A DNA stretch of 35,433 nucleotides, from positions 1 to 35,433 of the forward strand of contig RFJO01000038.1 in the NCBI GenBank assembly GCA_003694495.1, given 5' to 3'. Below are positions 28,536 through 35,433 of this stretch, in pieces. The DNA is from Candidatus Woesearchaeota archaeon (lineage in GTDB: Archaea; Nanobdellota; Nanobdellia; SCGC-AAA011-G17; GW2011-AR17). The notes under the pieces were generated by a model, which saw only the letters and a list, made by a program, of their open reading frames with translations, was not told where the DNA came from and made no database searches. Every line of letters starts with the position of its first letter. Position 1 is the first letter of the stretch. The position numbers and the translations under genes are program-made.

Positions 28536-29264
28536 ATGGAAAGGAAAGCAAGACCTTTAAGGTATAAAAAAAATATTTCTGCTAGGGAGAAGTTTAAAGC
28601 TTATGAAAATGTGTTTGACCAGGCAACATTAAGAGTATTGTTTAAGTTGTCTTCGCAAGGTTATTTTGATGAACTTCAAGGTGCCATAAAAATAGGCAAA
28701 GAAGCTAATGTATTTTTTGCAATAAAAGGGAAAAAGAAAGTAGTAGTTAAGATTTATAGAAAATCTGCCAATTTTAAGAAGATGTATGATTACATGGCGC
28801 CTGACCCTCGCTATATTGGTTTAAAACGGAATAAAATGAACATAATATCTACCTGGGCAAAAAAGGAGTACAGGAACCTGTTAAAAGCAAGAAGCGCAGG
28901 GGTGAAAGTGCCAACGCCTTATGCTGTTTACCAAAATGTTTTAGTTATGGAGTTTATAGGGGACAAAGAACCAGCACCTCAATTGAATAAAGTTAAGCCG
29001 GATGAGCCTAAACAATTTTACGAAACACTTATAAAATACCTTAAAAAACTATACCTCAACGCAAAACTTGTGCATGCAGATTTGTCAGAGTTTAACATCC
29101 TTAACGATAACGGAAAACCTGTCATAATAGATTTGTCGCATGCAGTGGATGTGCGATACCCAAATGTTAAAGCTTTGCTAAAAAGAGATCTGGATAACCT
29201 AGCAAGGTTTTTTAAAAAATTGAATGTTGAGGAAAAGGAAGTAAAATGGATTCAAAAGAATTGA
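28536..29264 (+). CDS. rio1: RIO1 atypical kinase/ATPase
   Basis: GKEANVF, VKIYR, EYRNL, NVLVMEFIG, HADLSEFNIL, IIDLSHAV. Confidence 0.95.
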   Translation: MERKARPLRYKKNISAREKFKAYENVFDQATLRVLFKLSSQGYFDELQGAIKIGKEANVFFAIKGKKKVVVKIYRKSANFKKMYDYMAPDPRYIGLKRNKMNIISTWAKKEYRNLLKARSAGVKVPTPYAVYQNVLVMEFIGDKEPAPQLNKVKPDEPKQFYETLIKYLKKLYLNAKLVHADLSEFNILNDNGKPVIIDLSHAVDVRYPNVKALLKRDLDNLARFFKKLNVEEKEVKWIQKN

Positions 29265-29797
29265 AGGTGCCAAAGGAAAGGTTGGCAGTTTTAATAGGTA
29301 AAGAAGGAGAAATTAAAAAGAAAATTGAAAGTCTTGGGCATGTTAAGTTAGATGTAAATTCTAAAACAGGAGACGTGATGATATCTGGCGAGGATTCATT
29401 AGACGTGTATATAACAAAAGATGTTGTGAAAGCTATAGCGAGAGGGTTTTCGCCAAAAATTGCGTTGAAATTGTTTAAGGAAGGTTATATGTTTGATTTA
29501 ATTGATATAAGAGATTATGTTGGCAATTCAAAAAATGCGCTTGAAAGGATAAGGGGAAGAGTTATTGGTTCTGAGGGTAAAGCCAGAAGGTACCTGGAGC
29601 ATGTGACGGAAACTAACATATCCGTGTTTCATAAGACTGTTGCAATTATTGGAGAAGTTGAAAATGTTACTATAGCCAGAAGAGCTATAGCGTTGTTGTT
29701 AGGAGGCTCGCCTCACGGAAATGTTTACAGGTGGCTTGAAAGGAAAAAGCAAGAGATGAGGAAAAGGCAGTTTGAAGAGGAACATGGAATATTGTAA
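29246..29797 (+). CDS. KH-domain rRNA processing protein Pno1/Dim2
   Basis: LIGKEG, AIARGFS, GRVIGSEG, GSPHGNVY. Confidence 0.93.
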   Translation: MDSKELKVPKERLAVLIGKEGEIKKKIESLGHVKLDVNSKTGDVMISGEDSLDVYITKDVVKAIARGFSPKIALKLFKEGYMFDLIDIRDYVGNSKNALERIRGRVIGSEGKARRYLEHVTETNISVFHKTVAIIGEVENVTIARRAIALLLGGSPHGNVYRWLERKKQEMRKRQFEEEHGIL

Positions 29798-30605
29798 CCT
29801 TATAAAAATAATTAAACAAAAAAAAGAGCTGAATTCTTTAAGTGATGAGTTTGTTCTTGGTATAATTAAAATATACTTAAAAAATGAAATGCCTAAACTT
29901 CTGGAAAACCAAGAGTGGTTGAATAATACTAAAAATAAGTATTTCAGAACTGTGGTGAAGAATGTTAGGAAAAACTTAAGGGAAGTTCACGGGGCGTTTA
30001 AGAAAAAAGGTTATGATAAAAAGTATAAACTGTTGGATGAAATTAAGTCGTTGAATGATTTTGAAGGTCATGCCAAGATATTAAAGCTGCACACGTCGAC
30101 AGCAGAAAGGTTGAAAAATTATATTGAAATATATGGTAAAATCTTAGAAAAAGTTTACAAGGTTGAAAGTTTGCTTGACCTTGGGGCTGGGCTTAACCCA
30201 TTGTCAATCCCGTTTATGGATTTTAAAGTTGGAACTTATTATGCTGTGGAGGTGGCAGAGGATGACGTGGAGTTTATCAATGCCTATTTTAAAAAGTTTA
30301 ACATTAAAGGGCATGCGTTTGTAAAAGACTTGACTTATGTTGACAATTTGCCAGAAGTTGATGTGTGTTTTATGTTTAAATTACTGGATACATTGGAAAG
30401 CCTGAAAAAGGATGTTACAAAAGAGCTGATAAGCAAGGTAAAAGCGAAATGGTTGGTGGTAAGTTTTGCAACAAAATCCTTGGGCGGGAGAAAAGTGATA
30501 AGCAAAAAAAGAACTTCGTGGTTTAAAAAGATTATAAAAGCGTATGAATATGATACATTTGAAGTGGATAACGAGTATTTTTTTGTTGTAAGAAAAGATT
30601 TATAA
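29784..30605 (+). CDS. SAM-dependent methyltransferase resembling the ArmA/Rmt/FmrO 16S rRNA m7G1405 family
   Basis: HTSTAERL, LDLGAGLNPLSIP, FKLLDTLE, VVSFATKSLGGR, EYFFVV. ATG 29784 follows GAGG. Confidence 0.8.
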   Translation: MEYCNLIKIIKQKKELNSLSDEFVLGIIKIYLKNEMPKLLENQEWLNNTKNKYFRTVVKNVRKNLREVHGAFKKKGYDKKYKLLDEIKSLNDFEGHAKILKLHTSTAERLKNYIEIYGKILEKVYKVESLLDLGAGLNPLSIPFMDFKVGTYYAVEVAEDDVEFINAYFKKFNIKGHAFVKDLTYVDNLPEVDVCFMFKLLDTLESLKKDVTKELISKVKAKWLVVSFATKSLGGRKVISKKRTSWFKKIIKAYEYDTFEVDNEYFFVVRKDL

Positions 30606-30631
30606 AGAGGACTTAATTATTTTATGGCTAT

Positions 30632-30704
30632 AGTCCCGTAGTGTAGTGGCCAATCATTCAGCCCTTTGGAGGCTGAGACCCAGGTTCGAATCCTGGCGGG
30701 ACTA
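30632..30704 (+). tRNA. tRNA-Gln(TTG)
   Basis: Acceptor AGTCCCG/CGGGACT, anticodon arm CAGCC-CTTTGGA-GGCTG, T loop GGTTCGAATCC, A1-U72. TTTATAAA at 30599-30606. Confidence 0.95.
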
Positions 30705-30724
30705 TTACTTATGTTTAATTGCAT

Positions 30725-30797
30725 AGCCCTGTAGTGTAGCGGCCAATCATCACGGACTCTGGATCCGTGGACCCAGGTTCGAATCCTGGCAGGGCTA
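30725..30797 (+). tRNA. tRNA-Gln(CTG)
   Basis: Acceptor AGCCCTG/CAGGGCT, anticodon arm ACGGA-CTCTGGA-TCCGT, GGTTCGAATCC. Confidence 0.95.
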
Positions 30798-31880
30798 TTT
30801 TTCCATAGCTTTTAACACCATGGTGGCGTAGCTTCCAGAAGGTAAAGAAAAACTTACCTTCTGTTTGAGTTTTTCCGGAAAAACATTATCTTTTTCTGCA
30901 GGGTAAAGGGTTAAATCCTTTAAAGTTATGGATGCGGGACGGTAGGTTGTCCTGTAAGATTGTTTGAACATTTTGGGTTCTATGTTTTCTTTGGCTAAAA
31001 TGTCAGAAATTATTGGCTTGAGATTTTTATTGTTCTCTACAAAATCGTAGCCGATTAAGGGGATTTTTAAATTGATAAATTCGTTGGTCATTGCCAGTTT
31101 TCCAATAACAGTGTCTATAAAGTAGTGTTCAAAGTTATCTTTAACGTAATTGTTTAAAATCTTGTTAAAGAGTAAAGATTGGTAGGAATGAATGAATAAG
31201 GTTAAAATTTGTTTGGGCAGTTGTTGGAAGGCTTTAAAGTAATCTTTTGGATGCTTTTCAAGATAAGTTATAACTTTTTTTTCAATAAGATAAGATGGTA
31301 TGATGCTAGAGTCAAAATATCCCCAGTTTTTTTCAATCTCTTGCCTGAAATTTTTGTGTTTTTCTGTTTCAGTTTCAAACGGGTTTGTTAAGTATATTTT
31401 CATGGCTTCCTCAAATTTGCGCTCAAGCAAAAGCTTGCCAACTAAGGCAGTGTTAGGTCTTTTACCGCCAAAGCGCTGGTCATCGTAATAGTTGCAGAAA
31501 TGATTAATTTTTGCTAAAGGTTTAATTAATTCTCTTGCAGTAATTATAAATTTATTGCCAATGTGAGAGTTTAACTTTAATGGCTTGTCATTATAACCAA
31601 CAAAATCTATTTTAATGTCTTTTATTCTTACCTTTAAATCTTCTTTTTTTAAGTTATATACAGACACTAATTGGGTAGTTATGCCTTCTTTGTCTTTCAT
31701 GCCCGATACATTAAACCTTTTCGGGCTTACATTAAGTTTTTTTGCAAGCTTTAATATTGCTCTGGATGTTGTCCAGTTCTTTTTTGTTAAATTAAAGTAA
31801 CAGTATTTGCCCTTAGATGATAACTTTATGTTGTTTATTTCTTCAACAACAAAATCTTCTGGGGAATATTTTAAAATCAT
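30795..31880 (-). CDS. truD: tRNA pseudouridine(13) synthase TruD/Pus7 family
   Basis: PEDFVVEE, SGMKDKEGITTQ, GNKFII, NYYDDQRFG, HSYQSLLFN, FSLPSGSYAT. Confidence 0.95.
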   Translation of the reverse strand: MILKYSPEDFVVEEINNIKLSSKGKYCYFNLTKKNWTTSRAILKLAKKLNVSPKRFNVSGMKDKEGITTQLVSVYNLKKEDLKVRIKDIKIDFVGYNDKPLKLNSHIGNKFIITARELIKPLAKINHFCNYYDDQRFGGKRPNTALVGKLLLERKFEEAMKIYLTNPFETETEKHKNFRQEIEKNWGYFDSSIIPSYLIEKKVITYLEKHPKDYFKAFQQLPKQILTLFIHSYQSLLFNKILNNYVKDNFEHYFIDTVIGKLAMTNEFINLKIPLIGYDFVENNKNLKPIISDILAKENIEPKMFKQSYRTTYRPASITLKDLTLYPAEKDNVFPEKLKQKVSFSLPSGSYATMVLKAMEK

Positions 31881-32001
31881 AACAAAAACATGTGATAACT
31901 ATGTTAAAAATGTACCGAAAGTCTTATAAATAAAACCAATTTTCAATAAAAAATCAAGAGATGGGGCGGTGAATGAAAGCTTCCCCATACTGGAGACGAA
32001 A

Positions 32002-32457
32002 ATGGCAAGAATGTATTCAGGTAAACACGGAAAGTCTTCTTCAACAAAGCCAGTTAAGAAGACAAAGCCCGTATGGTTGTCTTATAAACCTAAAGAAGTT
32101 GAAACCTTAGTTGTTAAACTTGCAAAGGCAGGAAACTCGCCTGCAATGATTGGCCTAATACTAAGGGACACATACGGTATACCAGACGTAAAAACAGTTA
32201 CAAAAAAGAAAATAACGCAAATTCTTAAAGAAAACAAGCTTGAGTCTAAATTACCATCAGATTTGGCAGACCTAATAAAAAGATTTATCGCAGTGCAAAA
32301 GCATATGGAGATAAATAAAAAGGATTATACCGGTAAAAGAGGTTTGCAACTGGTTGAGTCAAAAATAAAAAGGCTTGTGAAATATTATAAGTCTAAAGGC
32401 GTACTTCCACAAGAGTGGAGATTTGACAAGAACCGTGCAAAGATGTTGGTGGAATAA
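32002..32457 (+). CDS. rps15: 30S ribosomal protein uS15
   Basis: MARMYSGKHGKSSS, IGLILRDTYGIP, ESKIKRLVKYYK. Confidence 0.97.
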   Translation: MARMYSGKHGKSSSTKPVKKTKPVWLSYKPKEVETLVVKLAKAGNSPAMIGLILRDTYGIPDVKTVTKKKITQILKENKLESKLPSDLADLIKRFIAVQKHMEINKKDYTGKRGLQLVESKIKRLVKYYKSKGVLPQEWRFDKNRAKMLVE

Positions 32458-32458
32458 A

Positions 32459-33028
32459 ATGGCAGCAAAAAGAAAAACAACAAAAATGCAAAAGAAGAAA
32501 AGGTGGTTTAATGTAGTTGCGCCACAGGAATTTAAGAGTGTCTCATTAGGAGAAACGCCAGCACTTGAACCAGACAACCTTAAAGGAAGGACGTTTAAGC
32601 TTAACTTGATGACTATAACTAAAGATATGAAAAAGCAAAGCTTTTCCGTTAAGTTTAGGACAACAGAAGTTAAAGGCAACGATGTTCATACTGAATTAAT
32701 AAGGTATGAAATGGGTAATGTCCATGTAAAAAGAGTGGTTAAGAAAGGAAAAGACAAAGTTGATGACAGTTTTGTTGTGCAAACTAAGGATGGAGTGAAG
32801 GTAAGGTTGAAACCGTTGCTTATAACAAGAAACAAAGTACAGAACTCGGTGAAGACTACTCTAAGAAAGTCTGTTAGGGAATTGTTGCAGGAACAGTTTA
32901 AGCAGAAAGATTATTCGCAAGTTGTTACAGCGCTTATAAGATATGAACTGCAGTCAAAAATTAAATCAGAAATGAAAAAGGTTTATCCTTTGGCATTTGT
33001 AGAGTTTAGAGTATTTGAAAAACTTTAA
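32459..33028 (+). CDS. rps3ae: 30S ribosomal protein eS1 (S3Ae)
   Basis: KRWFNVVAP, LGETPA, KVYPLAFVEFR. Confidence 0.92.
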   Translation: MAAKRKTTKMQKKKRWFNVVAPQEFKSVSLGETPALEPDNLKGRTFKLNLMTITKDMKKQSFSVKFRTTEVKGNDVHTELIRYEMGNVHVKRVVKKGKDKVDDSFVVQTKDGVKVRLKPLLITRNKVQNSVKTTLRKSVRELLQEQFKQKDYSQVVTALIRYELQSKIKSEMKKVYPLAFVEFRVFEKL

Positions 33029-33082
33029 TTTTTTCTTTTTTAGAAAAATTTTTAAGCAAAAAACAATACACAACACATCAAT

Positions 33083-33155
33083 GCCTCAGTAGCTTAACGG
33101 TTAGAGCACCTGACTTGTAATCAGGAGGTTGGGAGTTCAAATCTCCCCTGAGGCT
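33083..33155 (+). tRNA. tRNA-Thr(TGT)
   Basis: Acceptor GCCTCAG/CTGAGGC, anticodon arm CCTGA-CTTGTAA-TCAGG, T loop GTTCAAAT. Confidence 0.95.
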
Positions 33156-33159
33156 TTCT

Positions 33160-33232
33160 GGGCTTGTGGTCTAGTGGCTATGACGTTGCCTTGACGTGGC
33201 AAAGGTCCCCGGTTCGATTCCGGGCAGGCCCA
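33160..33232 (+). tRNA. tRNA-Val(GAC)
   Basis: Acceptor GGGCTTG/CAGGCCC, anticodon arm TTGCC-TTGACGT-GGCAA, GGTTCGATTCC. Confidence 0.93.
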
Positions 33233-33273
33233 TATAAAAACATTTATATATGTTGTTTTATTTATTATTTGAT

Positions 33274-34071
33274 ATGAAAAAGGGGTTAGTATTTTTTGTA
33301 TTGATGTTAATTTTTTTAATGCCTTTTGCATCAGCTGGTTTTTTAGCTGATTTTTATGAAAAGTTCAGTTCACATAACCAAATTACAGGAATGTTTTCAT
33401 TTCGTGAATTGAGTAAGACGATAGATGGTATTAGGACTACAACCACTACACCAAAATCTCCAACCAAAACAGTAACACAGCAGCCTACATCTAATACAAA
33501 TCCATCTCCAACCCCTACAGCAACGCAGCAACCGTCATCTAATACTAATCCATCTCCAACCCAAACAGATACAACAACTGATTCAAGACAGGATACTGAT
33601 AGTTCTAATAAGGATCAAATAGAAGAGACAAATGTTAAAAGATTTAAAGCAAAACCCGGAAGGTATTTAATATCAAATGAAGGGGCTAAAAAAGAGCTTG
33701 TTATAAATTTGGTCATGGATAGAAATGGAAAAAAATTTGCAAGGTCTAAAATAGTTTATTCCAACATTAATAATAAAATAATAGATATAAAAGGTGCTAA
33801 ATATAAAGTTACTGTGCAAGGTGATAAAGTTAAGCTTGTTGAAGTTTCTGAAAGTTCAACCTCTGGAGGGATAGATCGGGCGGCGGCTGGTGTAGCACTA
33901 GGCAATAATAATTTAGCAGGTTCTACTCAAAGCACTTCTGGTTCAAGCGCAGTAACTTCTTCATCCTCATTAGGTTCAAGTGCAGTAACTTCTTCATCCT
34001 CATCAGGTTCAAGTAGTTCGTTATCATTTACAAGAGCTATTACAAGATCATTAGGAGGATTGTTCAGATGA
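33274..34071 (+). CDS. Secreted Ser/Thr/Pro-rich low-complexity protein
   Basis: Signal MKKGLVFF..PFASA, NQITGMF motif, T/P/S-rich linkers, amphipathic C-terminus. TTTATATA at 33243-33250. Confidence 0.8.
   Translation: MKKGLVFFVLMLIFLMPFASAGFLADFYEKFSSHNQITGMFSFRELSKTIDGIRTTTTTPKSPTKTVTQQPTSNTNPSPTPTATQQPSSNTNPSPTQTDTTTDSRQDTDSSNKDQIEETNVKRFKAKPGRYLISNEGAKKELVINLVMDRNGKKFARSKIVYSNINNKIIDIKGAKYKVTVQGDKVKLVEVSESSTSGGIDRAAAGVALGNNNLAGSTQSTSGSSAVTSSSSLGSSAVTSSSSSGSSSSLSFTRAITRSLGGLFR
33478..33561. repeat. Coding direct repeat, 48-bp period (QQPTSNTNPSPT / QQPSSNTNPSPT)
   Basis: Two copies of cagca..catctaatac.aatccatctccaacc. Confidence 0.8.
33940..34014. repeat. 33-bp coding tandem repeat (GSSAVTSSSSx), 2 copies plus a partial
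   Basis: ggttcaag at 33940, 33973 and 34006. Unit ggttcaagYgcagtaacttcttcatcctcatYa. Confidence 0.85.
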
Positions 34072-35408
34072 GGGTTAATAAAATGTTTACTTTATTTTTA
34101 GTGATATTGTTATTGTCAAGTTTAGTTTATTCAGCTGCGTTAGACCAAATAAGTGGTGTTGGTAAAGATCAACCTCAGTCTAAAAGTAATGATGATAAAA
34201 GAGGTATCTTTGCTTCATTCTTTGGTTTTTTTTCTCCAACAGCATCTAATGAAAATGAACAACAACAAGATGTTCCTCAACAACAAACAAATCCAGAAAC
34301 AACTTCAGATGAAGGATTTAATATGCCAATTGATGTAGAGGAAGGTGAGCAGGATACTGAAGGTAAAATAGAAAAAGGTAAAATTGCTTCGCATGAGGAA
34401 ACACAAAGGGGAAGAAAAAAATCTGATGTAAAATGTGAAGATACCGATAGAGGTAGAGATTTTACGAGAGCAGGAGTTGTTACAGGAAAGATTAGCCTTG
34501 ATGGAGAGGTGAAAACAATTGCAGACAGGTGTATTGATGAAAACACTCTTGTTGAAGCATTTTGTAACCCTTGGACAGATTTAGTACAGTTTAATAAAGT
34601 ATATTGTCCAAATGGATGTGTTGAAGAGTTGCCTCAAACTCCAGGTGGTAGATTAGGTAACCAACCTCAGTTAACTAGCTTAACAGTTAAAACAGCGAAA
34701 TGTATATCCCCACCGTATTGTCTTGATACTGATAGAAAAGAGTCTAATAAAATAAGGGGTTATTTATTATTATTTAAATCTGGCAGCTTGTTTGATGCAG
34801 GTTCAATCGCAGAATTAAATATTAACGATAGAATCGAAGCTCATAGGGATTATTGTGATCCAAATGATAGAACTAAAGTTATACAACATAAGTGCTCAGT
34901 TGATGGTTATGAAGAAGTTGTTACAAATTGTGGAGATGATGAAAGGTGTAGGTATGGTGTATGTTGTAAAAAGGAAGAATGCCCTCCTTTAGAAGAAAGT
35001 AAAGATTCAGGAGATGTTGTTATTGAGAATCCACAAACTTCATCTATTAGACATAACTCAGCTATTACAACAAAAAGTACTGATGCTAATGGAGAGCAAA
35101 TTGAAATAACTAAAGGGCAGACAAAAACAGTTAATGGTGTTAGGCTAAAATTTGATAAAGATGGGACTTTGTCTTATGATCTTACAATTGAAGTAGGTAA
35201 AATTACTGATGGTATCTTGTTAGAAGATGATGAAACTGATAAAGCAACCAACAATGTTCAAGATCTTAAGCAAGATTCAACGCCTAGTTCGCAAGCAACT
35301 TCATTGGATGAAAATAAAGATACAAGTAGCCAGGATGATAGTACAAGTTCTCAAAGTAATTATCAAACCACTAACTTAAATCTAAGAAAATTGAATATTA
35401 GAATTTAA
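34068..35408 (+). CDS. Secreted protein with two CxDTD Cys-rich repeats and polar linkers
   Basis: Signal peptide, CEDTDRGRD..G..DRC..EAFC..C..GC and CLDTD..G..DYC..C..C..C..GVC. ATGA overlap with the upstream gene. Confidence 0.8.
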   Translation: MRVNKMFTLFLVILLLSSLVYSAALDQISGVGKDQPQSKSNDDKRGIFASFFGFFSPTASNENEQQQDVPQQQTNPETTSDEGFNMPIDVEEGEQDTEGKIEKGKIASHEETQRGRKKSDVKCEDTDRGRDFTRAGVVTGKISLDGEVKTIADRCIDENTLVEAFCNPWTDLVQFNKVYCPNGCVEELPQTPGGRLGNQPQLTSLTVKTAKCISPPYCLDTDRKESNKIRGYLLLFKSGSLFDAGSIAELNINDRIEAHRDYCDPNDRTKVIQHKCSVDGYEEVVTNCGDDERCRYGVCCKKEECPPLEESKDSGDVVIENPQTSSIRHNSAITTKSTDANGEQIEITKGQTKTVNGVRLKFDKDGTLSYDLTIEVGKITDGILLEDDETDKATNNVQDLKQDSTPSSQATSLDENKDTSSQDDSTSSQSNYQTTNLNLRKLNIRI

Positions 35409-35433
35409 TCAAAATCTTTAAATACATTTAAAC

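Noticed and set aside
33137..33331. 64-aa minus-strand ORF
   Set aside because: Overlaps the tRNA genes; spurious.
33940..34014. 33-bp repeats as a mini CRISPR array
   Set aside because: No spacers, the period is a multiple of 3 within a Ser-rich coding region, and there are no cas genes.

Overview
Archaeal chromosomal segment (standard code, archaeal TATA-box promoters). Gene content and surface-protein motifs suggest a DPANN lineage, probably Woesearchaeota/Pacearchaeota-like; this is inference. The left 14.2 kb (minus strand) is a surface-structure locus that probably continues past the left edge. It has five proteins with class III (type IV pilin-like) signal peptides and three giant (1113-1332 aa) paralogous secreted Cys-rich proteins. 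Each giant has a hypervariable Gly/Ala-rich hydrophobic segment in its middle, bracketed by conserved Cys motifs. This is the best candidate for an undescribed system (host attachment or membrane insertion). Next come a MsrP/sulfite-oxidase-like lipoprotein with a small membrane partner, PCNA, two tandem MNT-HEPN toxin-antitoxin modules (second antitoxin decayed) and a MATE transporter. A core informational block follows: ileS, tbp, mcm, RPA-like, aIF-2beta, DUF424, short NMD3-like, aIF-1A, Rio1, Pno1/Dim2, an ArmA/Rmt-like 16S rRNA methyltransferase, two tRNA-Gln, truD, rps15, rps3ae, tRNA-Thr and tRNA-Val. The window ends with two low-complexity or Cys-repeat secreted proteins. No CRISPR array, integrase, transposase or rRNA was seen. 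All family calls come from motif recognition by eye, not database searches.
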